Assembly (NCBI RefSeq): GCF_963921235.1
Contig: NC_086108.1
Location: 55,740,001 to 55,804,000, forward strand
DNA from: Mobula hypostoma
Taxonomy: Eukaryota
Direction of reading: 5' to 3'
Length of the DNA: 64,000 bases
The translations under genes were made by a program, and so were the position numbers. The notes below the pieces were generated by a model that was not told the DNA's origin, did not search any database, and worked only from the letters and a program-made list of their open reading frames with translations. Positions 25,691 to 39,347 of this stretch are shown piece after piece (position 1 is the stretch's first letter; the number at the start of each line of letters is the position of its first letter).

Positions 25691-26295
25691 AAGGAAACAA
25701 TTCTGGCCACCATTTTCTCTGGCATCTACCTTCGCCAATGGAATGCCCAGTGGCATTGCATTGAGCTTGTGCTATGACCCATTGTAATCCTGTAATCTAG
25801 CACACCTGTGGGATCCTAAAAGCAACTTGAAGAAAGAACGAAAGGGCCCCCTTCCCCACTTCCCCCCTTCCCCCTCCTGCCCTCCTCGGCCGTCTATGGC
25901 AGCTAAGAATGTACCATATCTAAATGAAAATTTAAATAAACTGTGCTGGAAACCTGACATAAATACAGACAATTTTGGAAACAGTCTGCGGCAATACCTG
26001 TGGAGAGAGAAATGCTTAACCCACTGAATGCTTGCAGCAGTTTCAGTTTTTCATTTTGGTGTACCTTCAGGCCAGAAGCTTTGTTCATGTTTCTGTTCTG
26101 TAGATCTCAGGTTAGACCCTCTGAGCTCAGAATGTTACAGAGATATCTTCTATCACAAGTGTAGAATGCTATGCAATGTACTATAAAAATACTGTGTAAT
26201 GTACCTAAGTGCAAATGTACTTTTGGTGATCCAGTCAGGATTATATTGGAAGAGTGTTAAGATTTCCTTAACGTACATAGCTTTCCTCATATATA

Positions 26296-28320
26296 TAAGA
26301 CCATAAGATATAGGAGCAGAATTCGGCCATTTGGCTCATCGAGTCTGCTCCGCCATTCCATCATGGCTGATCGAATTTTCCTCTCAGCCCCAGTCTCCTG
26401 CCTTCTCCCCGTATCCCTCCATGCCCGTATCCCTTCATGCCCTAATCAATCAAGAATCTATCAACCTCTGCTTTAAATGTACATTAAGACTTGGCATCCA
26501 CAGCAGCCTGTGGGAATGAATTCCAAATATTCACCACTCTCTGGCTAAAGAAATTCCTCCTTATCTCCATTCTAAAATGATGCTCCTCTATTCTGAGGCT
26601 GTGCCCTCTGGTCTCAGACTCTCCCACCATAGGAAACCCTTTCATTTCCTCCACCAAATTGCATGACCATACACTTCCTGACACTGTCTTCCATCTGCCA
26701 TTTCTTTGCCCATTCTCCTAATCTGTCTATGTCCTTTTGTAGCCTCTCTACTTCCTCAAAACTATCTGTCCTCCACCTATCTTCATATCGTCTGCAAATT
26801 TTGCAACAAACACGTCAATTCTATCATCCAAATCAGTGACATATAATGTAAAAAGTATAAGTCCTAAACCAGACCTTGTGCAACACCAGTAGTTACCAGT
26901 ATCCAACCAGAAAAAGCTCCCTTTATTCCTGCTGTTTGCCATCTGCCAATCGGTTCGATTTGGATCCCGCAAACCGCCTATGGGTCATAGGGGCACTTTT
27001 GCATGTCTTGATCTAGTGAGGCCTGACAGCACCTCCAGGACAGACCACAGCCAATGTCCTAAAACTCTGTGGCTTGCCCTGGTCTCGAACACGTGGCTGT
27101 TGTAGTTCTTTGGGGAATTCATCTGCCCTGGCTGGTGAATTCGTTGACAAGGTCTTTCACCCAGTGGTGCCATGTTAACACCACCCCTTCACATTGTTTA
27201 GCCGGTCGGTTGAAGTGGTGTACTGGGGTATGTCACTGGGAGGTAAATGTGAGAAATTTAGGAGATGGATGAGGACCAGTGATGTCTGTCCGCCGACAAG
27301 GTAGAGTGTAGCTGCCAGACATCAAAGGTACTACCTCAATGCAGAGCCCCCTACACCCCTCCTGCCAATCAGCCACTGCTTTATCCATGCTAGAACATTT
27401 CCTGTAATACCACAGGCTTGTAGCATGTTGGGCAGCTTCATGTGTGGCACCTTGTCAAAGGCATTCTGAAAGTCCAAGTACACAACATCAACCAATTCTC
27501 CTTTGTCTGTCCTACTTGTTATTTCTTCAAAGAATTCCAACAGATTTGTCAGGCAAAATTTTCCCTTGAGGAAATCATGCTGACTATGGCCTATTTTATC
27601 ATGGGCCTCCAAGTAGCCTGAGACGTCATCCTTAATATTTGACCTCAACACCTTCCCAGCCACTGACTAACTGGCCTATAGTTCCCTTTCTTTTGCCACT
27701 TTCCCTTCTTGAAGAGAGGAGTAACATTTTCAATTTTCCAGTTTTCCAGAACTATTCCAGAATCTAGTGGTTCTCAAAAGATCATTATTAATGCCTCCAC
27801 AATCTCTTTCAGAACCCTGGGGTGTACACCATCTGGTCCAGGTGACTTATCCACCTTCAGACCTTTCAATTTCCCAAGAACCTTCTCTCTAGTAACAGTA
27901 ACTTCATGAACTTTATGACCCCTGGAACTTCCACCAAACTGCTAGTGTCTTCTACTGTGAAGACTGAAGCAAAATACTTATTCAGTTCTTCTGCCATTTC
28001 TTTGTCCCCCTTTACTACGTCTCCAGCATTTTTTTCCAGTGCTCCGATATTCACTCGTCTCTCTTTTACACTTTCTGCATCTGAAGAAACTTTTGGTATT
28101 CTCTTTATTATTGGCTAGCTTACTTTGGTATTCCATCTTTACCTTCTTAATGATACTTTTTGTTGCTTCCATTGGTTTTTAAAAGTTTTCCAATCCTCTA
28201 ACTTCTCACTAATTTTTTGCTCCATTTTATTCCCTCTCTTTGGTTTTTATGTTGGCTTTGACTTCTCTTGTTAGCCACGGTTGTGTCATCTTGCCTTTAG
28301 AGTACTTCTTCCTCTTTAGG
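26296..28320 (-). mobile_element. CR1 LINE with internal deletions, interrupted by a 410-bp insertion
   Basis: AEELNKYFASVFT, VYLDFQNAFDKVPH, KFADDMK, RRNFFSQRVV; CTTATG tail. Confidence 0.9.
26952..27361. mobile_element. Unclassified 410-bp insertion with 9-bp direct-repeat flanks
   Basis: CTGCCAATC at 26943-26951 and 27362-27370. CR1 sequence is contiguous when the insert is removed. Confidence 0.75.
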
Positions 28321-28619
28321 ATGTTAAATAGTTTATATTTAGTCAAGTATAAAAAAATGAAAATGGTATGAGGTACCAGAATGCAAATCTATCAAGTCTG
28401 CAGTTGGCACTTTGATTGAGAGATTAGAGTATGTGACCTGTTAACTGAAATGGCAATTCACATTACATTTGCTGACCATCAGTCTTGATAAGCATAGTTT
28501 TGTTTAATGTTATCTCCTCATGCATGTGGTATTGGATGGCCAGAACAGTCATTTATGCATCACTTATTAAACTGTTTAAACCAATCAGCACGACTGAATC
28601 AATATCATTGAATTCTGAT

Positions 28620-29380
28620 AAGATGGTACGATGGAGGCACGCTTGGACACAATGGCTTCAATAGGGTCAGCCAAAGGTGTTATTGTCTTTTTTAAACTCA
28701 TTTTTTACGATTGCATGACTCTGCTAGACATTAAGAGCTGAAAGTTCTGCTGGTCTATCCCATCAGCAAGTTGCTCATTGGTGGGGAAATGGAAGGAGCT
28801 GGACTTGATGCAGACTGTGATGCAGCCTGCAACAGAGAGGCCTGGCGTGTGAAGGAACTGACCGGTCTAACCGTGAGTGATCATCTTAGTTGCTTTTCTT
28901 GTGGTCACAAGACCCTGTTGGACATTGATGGTGTGGAATGCTGCAAGTCCAGTTCATTGGTTCCTTGGCAAACGGCGGGGGTGGACAGCGGGGAAGTGTG
29001 TAGCTTCTTTCATAGCGGGGACCATGTAGCCTGTTTGCAGCTGCCCAGGAGGAGGCATTGGAGTCGGTTCCACCAGAATGCCAGAGGCAGTGTGGCACAG
29101 AGTCAGTACTGCTCCCTCAGTGTTTGCCCGGCAGAAATCAAGCTGTGTTATGTTCAAATACAGACTGCCGCAACACTCATGGAGTCAGGGACTTTGACTA
29201 TATTTTTCGTGTGACTGTATTTTACAACTATCTTATATGTGCTTGCTATCTTCTATGTGCTTTGTGTGCCTTGTGCTGTGAATGAATGTTGGTACTATGT
29301 TTTGCACCTTAGCCCCGGTGAAACACTGTTTTGTTTGACTGTATTCATGTATGGTTGAATGACAATTAAACTTGAACTTA
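28620..29380 (+). mobile_element. Non-autonomous Rex/Babar-tailed retroelement
   Basis: Starts AAGATGG and ends ATTAAACTTGAACTT. Architecture resembles 12589-13420. Confidence 0.5.
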
Positions 29381-31779
29381 AAATTGATAATCCTGATTTT
29401 TGATTTTTAATCTTTCTCACATCATCTATTCGAGCTATGTCTGTATATTGCATTTGGTCTTGATCCTTAAATCCCATAACAATCCAGAGACAAAATGTGC
29501 AATGCCTGTTTACCAGGAATAATGATGCCATTATTTCTGTGCAAATGAGCTAAGAATTTACTCAGGTTTTGTTTGCTCCAGAATTTTCCCTGATTTGTTT
29601 TTATCATATTTTAAATGACAAGAAATGTTCTCAGCATTTCTTCTTTTAGGGAGCTGTCAATCTCAGCAGGAGGAAAAAACAAGGGTTGAAGCACTAAGCC
29701 TCCAAACTGTCAACAGGGAGGTTGGTTTATGAAACTAACCAGATGACTAAGCCATGTCATTTAGGATCAGGATGATTCATTCATTTACCCTAAAACAGAT
29801 GTTTAGTACATCACTGTCCTACTTTATAATTCAATGGGTGATTATATCTGGGAACTTACCTGATTTAAAATGTTTGCAAGCCACAATAGGATTGTAATTT
29901 AGTAACTCCCAACCTGGAGGTAAATTAAAATTGACATTTCAACTGCAAAATATACATTTAATTACTCAGATGAATTATAAGGCTCTACACAAAACTTCAC
30001 AATCAATCTGTTAATGTGTTTTCATTTATATATGCTACCATAATAGAGTCTACATGTTTAATTTTAAATTTGTTTAATTTGAGAAAAACGCATTTAATTT
30101 ACCTTATTATAACTTAATATACTTTAAATTGTTGAATGAATTGATAGATTGTAGTTGTGCTTAAGTCATACTAACCAACTAAATTATACCAGATTAAAGG
30201 TAATTAAATGTAATCTATTAATATTTTACCAAAGTAACAATTATTTTACTTTTTCCACTCCAAGACATATTGCATCAAATATCATACTGAGTGAATGTTC
30301 CCTAGACAATAAAATATTGTCTTGTGGTTGGATGAAGTAGAATCAAATTGGTATTGTAAACCATAGATTTCCTTTGACCTCCATGTCCCAGTGGCAAGCG
30401 TGCAGTGTCTCTGTAGACAATATTGAATTATATCAGGTCATCAATCCCTATCCTTATGATTGTAATGTTGTGAATTATAGTCTAAGATCCTAAAAATTCC
30501 TATTGCAACCATGGCTGATCTTATAACTCAGCCCCAATTACCTGCATATAATCTCATATCCTTGATTCCAATAATTTAATATTGCTGTTGGATGCCCTCA
30601 TCAGAATAAACAAATATTAAATGTCTGCTTGTGGAGCAGGCAGGAAAATATCTACCCAATAATCATTTGCAGAACTACTGGCGTGACCCCTTTAAATGCA
30701 CCGTAAAAATGTACGGCTCTTTATAAGAAATACAATTCATTTGAATTATCCCTGACATCATTTTTCCCAAAACTATCAATGTAATTTATGATAAATGTAT
30801 TGTTTATCTTTCTTTTTAAAACCGATCTATACTTAACTTTATTTTTCAAATAGTGTTGCCTGAATATACAGCTGTATAAAACTGCATATTTTTAAGTCAT
30901 AATATGATAAACAATCATAGAATTATTTTGTCCTATAGATTGTTACTCCGTGCTTAAATATATACCTGTACCGTGCCTGTTGGCAGTAATAAATGTTCAG
31001 TGAGCCCTGTGCGTCATCAGCATGAAGCTTGGCATGTGAAATGTGTTAATTGCTACAATGCAAATTTATTCACTGCTAAGACTTGCCACCTACGGTTCTA
31101 AATAAAATAATCTTGCCCACTTTGATCCTATAAATCTGGACTGGATGTATGGATTTCTGCTTCATGTACAGGCGACTGAAAACTGAAATAGGGCCATAAA
31201 GTAGGAATTATTTCATTGGTTCTCCAATTTTGACTTTTGAATTTTTTGAGCTAACCAGTCCTTTATTCAAATTGAATGCAATATAGCACTTTCATTTATA
31301 TACACATTCATGATATCAACAATTATATAGATACAGTGACAAATAAATAAACCCACAAATTTACAGTCTACTTCACACTCTTTGTACTTAATACCAATAA
31401 TTTACACAAATAATTTAAAACCAGGTATTGAAATATTTTCTTAATCTGTTTTTTTATGGAGATTAAGGTAATAACTTTTCTTTAAATCTGTCTCGGTGTC
31501 TGATATGGTAACATGATTTTATAAAAAGGAATAGAAAGAAACATCTGCTGATATTCATCACCATTAATTTCTTTCTACATGTGAACACTGTTTCTCTCTA
31601 CAGATGCTGTGTGACCTGTCGAGTATTTCTGACATTTTTATCACAGATTTTTGATGAGTATTGACTTTAAGCAAGGCTTGCAAATCTTACCCTGATTTAG
31701 ACTCTAATTACGTCTAGGTTTTAAAAAAAAATGCATGTTGTCTTTCCCTGATTGGTTGCTTGAATATACCTACATTTTG

Positions 31780-31985
31780 TAGTAGCACAGTGGTACAACT
31801 AGGAGAGCCACTGTCTGACAGCAATAGAGACCCTGATTCAATCCTGACCTCCAGGTGCTCTCGGGGTGGAGTATGTACCTCCCTCTCTGTGCATGGGCGG
31901 ATTTTCTCAGGGTGCTCCACTTTCCTCCCACATCCCAAAAACGTGCTCATTGATAGATCAATTGTCTGCTGTAAATGACCATAAA
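31780..31985 (+). mobile_element. HE1/V-SINE (tRNA-derived) 5' part
   Basis: A/B-box-like head (GCACAGTGG..GATTCAATCC) and V-domain GGGTGCTCCACTTTCCTCCCACATCCCAAAAAC. The remainder probably lies at ~33850-33960. Confidence 0.8.
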
Positions 31986-32014
31986 TTATATGGGAGAGAA
32001 GGAATCCAGGTGAA

Positions 32015-33835
32015 ATTAGAACATAGAATAATACAGAACACAAAGAGGCCCTTCAGTTCATGCTGTCTATTCTGACCATAATGCCAATCTAAACTAATCC
32101 CACCTACCTGCACAAAACTCATATCTCTCTATTCCTTTCTTGTTCATTTACCTCTCTGTGTGCCTCTTAAACATTGCTATTGTATCTGCTCTAACTACTT
32201 CCCTTGACAGTGGATTCCAGGGACCTACACTCTCTGTGTAAAACAAAAAGCTTGCCACATAAATCTTCTTCAAACTTTTGCCCTCTTGCATTTGGCATTT
32301 CCTTGCAAGGAAAACAACTCTATCATATCCTATATGATAGTCTACCATATCATATAACATCCACGCTCACCCCATCTTCCCGCTACTTTGACAGTGATAG
32401 AGTTTCTCTTGGCCTTACCTACCACTCAATGAACCTCCATATCCAACACATCATTCTCTGCAACCTATGCCACCTCAAAAGGGTTCCTACCACCAAACAT
32501 ATCTTTACTATTCCCTTTAGCCTTTACCTTCCTTCCTTAGCTTTCCACAGAGATCGCTCCCTCCATGATTCCCTTGTCCATTCATCTCTCCTGGCATGTA
32601 TCTCTGCAAGTGGCCAAATTGCTACAATTGCCCATTCACCTCCTCCCTCACCTCCTTTCAGGGCTCCAAACAGTCCTTCCAGGTGAAGCAATGCTTACCT
32701 GCAAATCTACTGAAAGCATCTATTGTGTCTGGTGTTCCCGATCCGGCCTCCTCGACATTGGTCGGATCCGTGGTAAATAGGGGGACCAGTTCATTGAGCA
32801 CCTCTGCGCCATCTGCCAATAGCAGAGTTTCCTGGTGGCCAAACAGTTTAATTCTCCTTCCCATTCTCATTCTGGCATGTCAATCCATGGCTTCCTCTTG
32901 TGCCACGATGAGGCCACCCTCAGGGTGGAGGAGCAACACCTAATATTCCATCTGAGTAGCCTCCAACCTGATGGCATGGGTATTGATTTCTCCTTCCAAT
33001 AAAAAAAACCCTCCCCCTTCCCTCTTCTTCTATTCACCACTCAGACCTTTTACCTCTTCTCACTTGCCTATCACCTCCCTTTGGGTCCCCTTCTCCTTTC
33101 CTTTCTCCTATGGTCCAGTCTCCTCTCTTATCAAATTCCCTCCTCTCTAGCCCTTTACCTTTCCTACCCACCTGGCTTCAGCTATCACCTTTCAGCTTTC
33201 CTCCTTCCCCTCCCCCACCTTTCTATTCTGGCATTTTCCCCCTTTCTTTTCAGTCCTGAAGAAGGGTCTCAGCCCAAAATGTCAACTATTTACTCATTTT
33301 CATAGATGCTGCCTGACCTGATGAGTTCCTCCAGAGTTTTGCCTTGAATTTACAGCATCTGCAGAATTTCTCACTGTCTATCATATCAATGCCTCTTATA
33401 ATTGTATATATTTCTATCAGGTCGTCACTCAGTCTTGTACAATCCAGCAAAAAAGAATCTCGTTTTGTCCAACTACTCCTTGTTGCTAGATCTCCTTAAT
33501 CCAGACAACATCTTGGTGAACATCCTGTGCACTGTCTCCAAAGCTTCCATATCGTTTCATTAATGTAGTGACCAAAAGTGCACACAATACACCAGATGTG
33601 GCCGAAGTAAAATTTTATAAGCTACAACATGTTATACTCAATGCCCCAGGGAAGGTAAGCATGCCATATGCTTTCTTCACCATTTTCATGGAGCCATGGA
33701 CTTTCACCCAGATGATCCCTCTGAACATCAGTACCTGAGGATACTGCCATTTACAATATACTTTCCTCTTGCACTTGACCTTCTAAATGGACCATCTCGC
33801 ACTTGTCTGGATTAAACTCCATCTGCCATTCTTCT
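32015..33835 (-). mobile_element. Degraded CR1 3' fragment split by a Penelope insertion
   Basis: CR1 tail at 32015-32330 and CR1 coding remnants at 33375-33835. Confidence 0.65.
32360..33372 (+). mobile_element. Penelope-like element 3' part (GIY-YIG endonuclease remnant and pseudo-LTR)
   Basis: RVSLGLTYH..HIQHIIL..PTTKHIF and IYCVWCSRSGLLDIG (GIY-YIG-like), a pyrimidine-rich tract and a decayed hammerhead at 33251-33288. Confidence 0.85.
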
Positions 33836-34029
33836 GAGTTGATGAGAATCTGGGAAGAATAATAAATGGAATGAATGTAGGATTGATGTGAATAAGTGGT
33901 GAATGGCGGGCACAGACTGAGTGAGCCAAAAGAATCATTTCCTTGCTATATCTGCCCTTCACTCTAGGATTTTCACTGGAACTCTATTGAATAAAGTCAG
34001 CACTTTAACAACAGGGAAGACCACCCCAC

Positions 34030-34305
34030 TGCTACTGTGTCATTCCTGTTCCTGAGGTTATGTGCTTAAGTCCCACTTCAGAAACTTAAGCATACAATCT
34101 GGAATTGAATTGCTGTACCATGCTGAGAGAACACGCACCATAAGAAATTATTAAACTAAGGCCCATCAGGTGAACAAATGTGTTATTATTATACTGGGGT
34201 TACTTACGAGCAGCTACACTTCAAACATGCTTAATTGGATAAAAGAAGAATTTAGACTTAACGAGATTTTGCAAAGCACTGTATAAAAGTAAGTTTGTTC
34301 TTTGT
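34030..34305 (+). mobile_element. Ancient DeuSINE-like (SacSINE1/AmnSINE-type) SINE
   Basis: AAGTCCCACTTCAGAAACTTAAGCATACAATCT..TTAAACTAAGGCCC and tail CTACACTTCAAA..TAATTGG..TATAAAAGTAAGT resemble Deu-domain SINEs as I recall them. Confidence 0.55.
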
Positions 34306-37300
34306 TATCAAGAGTCTAACTGAAATCAGTTCATTCTCTAAAGACCAGAAAACAGACAGGATATTTTTTATCAATGTGGCCAAATTACACAACGGGAAGG
34401 GTATTTACTAAATGAGCCACTTCAGGCATTGAGAGGGTATAATAATGTCAATGAATAATCTGGAATTAGTATTTCTGAAATGTTTGTAGATTTCTCTTAG
34501 GCCTGGGCTTAATTTGTAGCACAGTCTGGCATCCTTCTGCATTCAATGTGGTTGTTCCACCAGTCACAGATGTGAATTTATGTAAAACCATAGACACACT
34601 GTCTGAACCCCTTGTCTTCCTAACATTCTGAAAAAGTAAAATAGAAGCAAAATTAATGATTGTTGTACAAGGAAAGTGGTTAGATTTCATAGAACCATGT
34701 TGAATCAATTGGAATTGCACTGGAAAAGTTCCAGTATCTGAGTTCAAAGAGCCTTTATGTCTTTATTGACGTACATCCTGCCATTTCTTTGGGATAAAGA
34801 TTTACTGGCTCAATTTTTAACATACTCCATGAGGAACTATGAAATTCTGATGGTTAAGGGGCAAGTATAAATTTTCAAACTGGAATACTAATGTGCTCAA
34901 AGAATTTGACTACTTGAATATTATATTCTTCACTGAACTTAGTGTATTTTTGATGTAAAAGAAAAAATAATCAATGCAGTAAATCTTTGATAAAGCTAAA
35001 TAAATGAGAAATGCATGGCAAGGGCAGTTAATATAAGAAACAAAATATCTTAACATTTCAGTACTTCTATTTAATAATGGTGTCTATTTTTCTTTCAGAT
35101 TCTATGCATTTACATAAGCAAAAGATTTTTAAAAATATATTTCTAGCCATGGTGACATAGTCATTAAGTTACTGTATTCAAATCCAAGGCCCAAACCAAT
35201 AATCAAATTCAACCATAGAAATTTAAATTCATTTAATTAAATAAATATTGGATATACTTTGAAAAGTTCGTTTAAGTAATGGTGACCACAGAACTATTAG
35301 TTTGTGTTTAAAAATCCATCTGGCTCATAAATGATACTCAGGGAAGGAATTCTGCCATCATTAAATCTGGCCTATATGTGATTCCAGAGCCACTACTGAG
35401 GATGGCAAACCATATTAAACTTTAATATTGAAGTTATTACAGATTACACCCCAAACTGGCTTTACTTTCTGTAGACCTAGCTAAGATATACTGCGGAAAT
35501 TCTCAATGCTCTAACTGAATGTGACTGAGGCCAAGAAATTATGTCCATTTCAATTATAAAAGTGCTCGAGAGGAACAAGAATTCATGCTTTTTCAGGTGC
35601 TGATTTAAGAAGTCATTCTCACAACCACAATGTTGTGTAAGTTTAATGTTTCTTGTCAAAACTAATCCAGAATAATCAGAATCCAGTTCCCAGTCAATAA
35701 ATCCATTTCATGTGTTCTTGGTTATCCTCGACACAACTCTGAAAGCTGGTTTCATGCACCCAAGTAAATATTTCAGTTATGCTATTGACGTCATTGAAGT
35801 CATTAATTGGACACAAGGCCCTCCCAGCTGCAGAACCTGCCAAAACACTGAACTCCACGCATACTGTATTTAGAAAGGAAGTGCAGTATTACTGAATGCT
35901 TTCATGATGTCCTTTTCATGAAACTAATCAATTCAATACTAAATAGAAATATACTTTATCAAAAATTTTTGAGAACCAGTGTTTGACATTTTAAACAGGA
36001 ATGCCTTGTGTGTTTTGTCCCATGATTTTAACATTAAAGGCATGTATCCAGTTTTTTTCATTAGTACTAGAATATTCTTTGTTTTTCGTTTAATTAGTAT
36101 ATTTACAATTTTATTCAAGTTAAGATGATTGTGTCTCACACACTGTTTATCACAGGTATGGTTAACATGAGTGCAGATTTGAAAATCTGCACAGTTCAGC
36201 AGACCTCCTATTGTATAAAAATAAATATGATGGTGGTAGACTAATTTATGACAGCCTTCCACTTTCGAACACTATTCAAAATCCTCGGCACCGAATCAGG
36301 CTCAGAGGTTCCAAACATTTTCAGCTGTATTCCATTTCAGATAGATTTGTATCTGCCGCCTAGCCCCCACCATTCCTGCAGTCCAGTGGCAAACTTTGCT
36401 TAAAATTGTTCGAATTAGGCCCCACCCCAGCCTTATCGGACTCCCAACTTCAGTATGAGAATACATGACCTAGGTTGAAGCATTGGCAAAGTTGGGGTGT
36501 AATTGCAAGATAAAGGGTCAGTCATTGATAAAGGAACTGTGTAGAAATTTCTTCTGTCAGACCATTGTAAGTCTTTGGCATTTTCTGGCCCCAGAGGGTG
36601 GTGGAGGCCGGAATATTGGATAAATTTAAGGTCGAGGTAGATGAGCATTTGAAATTTTGAGGATTTCAGGAAATTTGCATAGAAGAGGAGTTGAGGCATG
36701 CGCAGTTCAACAGCCATAGTCATTTTGGACAGCAGAGCAGGCTTGAGGGGTTGCAGTCACCAGCCACTGCTCCTGTTTTCCTTTATGTTCCTATGAGGTT
36801 GGGCAAGGGATGGATCAGGGTGTAATTTGCACATACTGTATTATAGAGAAAGGCATGCTCCTCCTGACATACAACGGTAAATGGCGGAGAAACCGAGGAG
36901 TCCAGAGACATGGAGAATCAGACAAACATTAATATATTTGTTATTACTGAACCATTGCTGATTCCAGCCAGGTCTGTATTCAGTCAACTGATAGAGGATA
37001 GGAGTGGGAAGTTGTGAGATAAAGGGATCAAGTTTGTGTTCTTTGGGGATTTCAGCTGTAATTATGAGAGTAGCGGTGCAGAGAATATTTTGGGAGCAGG
37101 GCATCCAGGAGTTTAAATACAGCTCAGGCTCTAAATTGGTTTGAAAATGGAACACCAGAGTTCAAAGACTTTTGTAGAAAACTGATTAGTGAATAGGCTC
37201 CTCGTTAAGTTCCTGTTTTATAAATTATAGGCTGTTAAGGTAAGGAATTACGGGACATCTTGACAGAGTGGAGAGTGCATTCTGTACAATGTGGGAAACC

Positions 37301-38036
37301 ATGGGCACTTTCAGTATCCTTGGCAACCAAATATGCTGGAAAAACCCCTCTACCGGCAGGAGATCATACTCTAGTCTTGGAGCTGGAGCAACAACTGGAG
37401 TCACTGTAGTCCATTTGTTAAACATTTACAAGTAGATAAGCCGTTAGGCAACTAACAGGCAGAACAGGAGGAGGAGGTAGATAGTATAGCAGTCTCCCCT
37501 GTCCTCCTCACTCACTGATAGATTTTTCCATTTGGACACCTTGAAAGACAATGGTTCTTCAGGCGAGTGCAACCAGAGTCAGGAACTTGGTGCCACAGGT
37601 GCCACACCTGCCGCTCAATGGCAGGGTTAAGGAGATATACGTGAGAGCAATAGAGAAAGGGTAACTGACAGGTAGGAGGGCAGTTTTGTGGTCATAGGCA
37701 CATGAAGGAATAAAGGTCGATACTGAAATATCACAGGGTATCATGAAGGGGATGCTGCACAGCCAGTGGGCAACATCCATATCAGGACCAGCAGCATTGG
37801 TAGAAAGAGAAATGAGGTTCTGTGGTCACAGTTGTGGGAGATTGATAAATGGTTTTAAAGGAAAAAAATCAGGATTTCAAAGGGAGGAATCTCTAGATGA
37901 CCTCTAGTTCCACATATATTCAACCATGGTAATCATAAACAAACATTTGGGCAAGCACAGTAGCCTAGGAGGTAATGCTACTTTGCACACGTCTCCAATG
38001 ACTTGGGTTCGTTCAATACTGATCTCTGGTGTTATC

Positions 38037-38055
38037 TGTGTGTGTGTGTGTGTGG

Positions 38056-38092
<37 letters not shown>

Positions 38093-38136
38093 TGTGTGTA
38101 TGTGTGTGTCTGTGTCTGTGTGGGTGTGTGTGTGTG
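38037..38136. repeat. Imperfect (TG)n microsatellite
   Basis: About 100 bp of TG repeats. Confidence 0.98.
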
Positions 38137-38224
38137 GGGGGGGCTTAGATTTTCTCCCTGTGAGCACATAGGTACCCCCTTCCAGATTTCCTGTTTCTAC
38201 CCTCATCCAGTGCTGAATGTGTGC

Positions 38225-39347
38225 ACAGTAGGCTTATTCAGAAAGTCAGAAGGCATGGGTTCTAGGGAAGTTTGGCCTGGTGGATTCAGAATTGGCTTGC
38301 CTGCAGAAGGCAGAGGGTGGTGGTGGAGGGAGTACATTCAGACTGGAGGATTGTGACTAGTGGTGTCCCACAAGGATCTGTTCTGGGACCTCTACTTTTC
38401 GTGATTTTTATTAGCGACCTGGATGTGGGGGTAGAAGGGTGGGTTGGCAAGTTTGCAGATGACACAAAGGTTGGTGGTGTTGTAGATAGTGTAGAGGATT
38501 GTCGAAGATTGCAGAGAGACAATGATAGGATGCAGAAGTGGGCTGAGAAGTGGCAGATGGAGTTCAACCCAGAGAAGTGTGAGGTGGTACACTTTGGAAG
38601 GATAAACTCCAAGGCAGAGTACAAAGTAAATGGCAGGATTCTTGGTAGTGTGGAGGAGCAGAGGGATCTGGGGGTACATGTCCACAGATCCCTGAAAGTT
38701 GCCTCACAGATGGATAGGGTAGTTAAGAAAGCTTATGGGGTGTTAGCTTTCATAAGTCGAGGGATAGAGTTTAAGAGTCGCGATGTAATGATGCAGCTCT
38801 ATAAAACTCTGGTTAGGCCACACTTGGAGTACTGTGTCCAGTTCTGGTCACCACACTATAGGAAGGATGTGAAAGAATTGGAAAGGGTACAGAGGAAATT
38901 TACCAGGATGATGCCTGGTTTAGAAAGTATGCATTATGATCAGAGATTAAGGGAGCTAGGGCTTTACTCTTTGGAGAGGAGGAGGATGAGATGAGACACG
39001 ATTGAGGTGTACAAGGTAATAAGAGGAATAGATAGAGTGGATAGCCAGCGCCTCTTCCCCAGGGCACCACTGCTCAATACAAGAGCATATGGCTTTAAGG
39101 TAAGGGGTGGGAAGTTCAAGGGGGATATTAGAGGAAGGTTTTTTACTCAGAGAGTGGTTGGTGCGTGGAATGCACTGCCTGAGTCAGTGGTGGAGGCAGA
39201 TACACTAGTGAAGTTTAAGAGACTATTAGACAGGTATATGGAGGAATTTAAGTTGGGGGCTTATATAGGAGGCAGGGTTTGAGGGTCGGCACAACATTGT
39301 GGGCCGAAGGGCCTGTACTGTGCTGTACTATTCTATGTTCTATGTTC
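38225..39347 (+). mobile_element. 5'-truncated CR1 LINE, well preserved
   Basis: 240-aa open RT C-terminal ORF (38272-38994) with KFADD and VRPHLEYCVQFWSP; tail TTCTATGTTCTATGTTC. Confidence 0.95.

Noticed and set aside
29650..29720. Exon-like segment after a polypyrimidine-AG (SCQSQQEEKTRVEALSLQTVNRE)
   Set aside because: Weak donor, no recognisable protein similarity and no partner exons.
31780..31860. tRNA gene (also 63310-63370)
   Set aside because: Degenerate A/B boxes followed by a V-domain, so these are SINE heads without a cloverleaf.
37904..38356. ORFs with VCVC/HTHT runs
   Set aside because: Translation of a (TG)n microsatellite.
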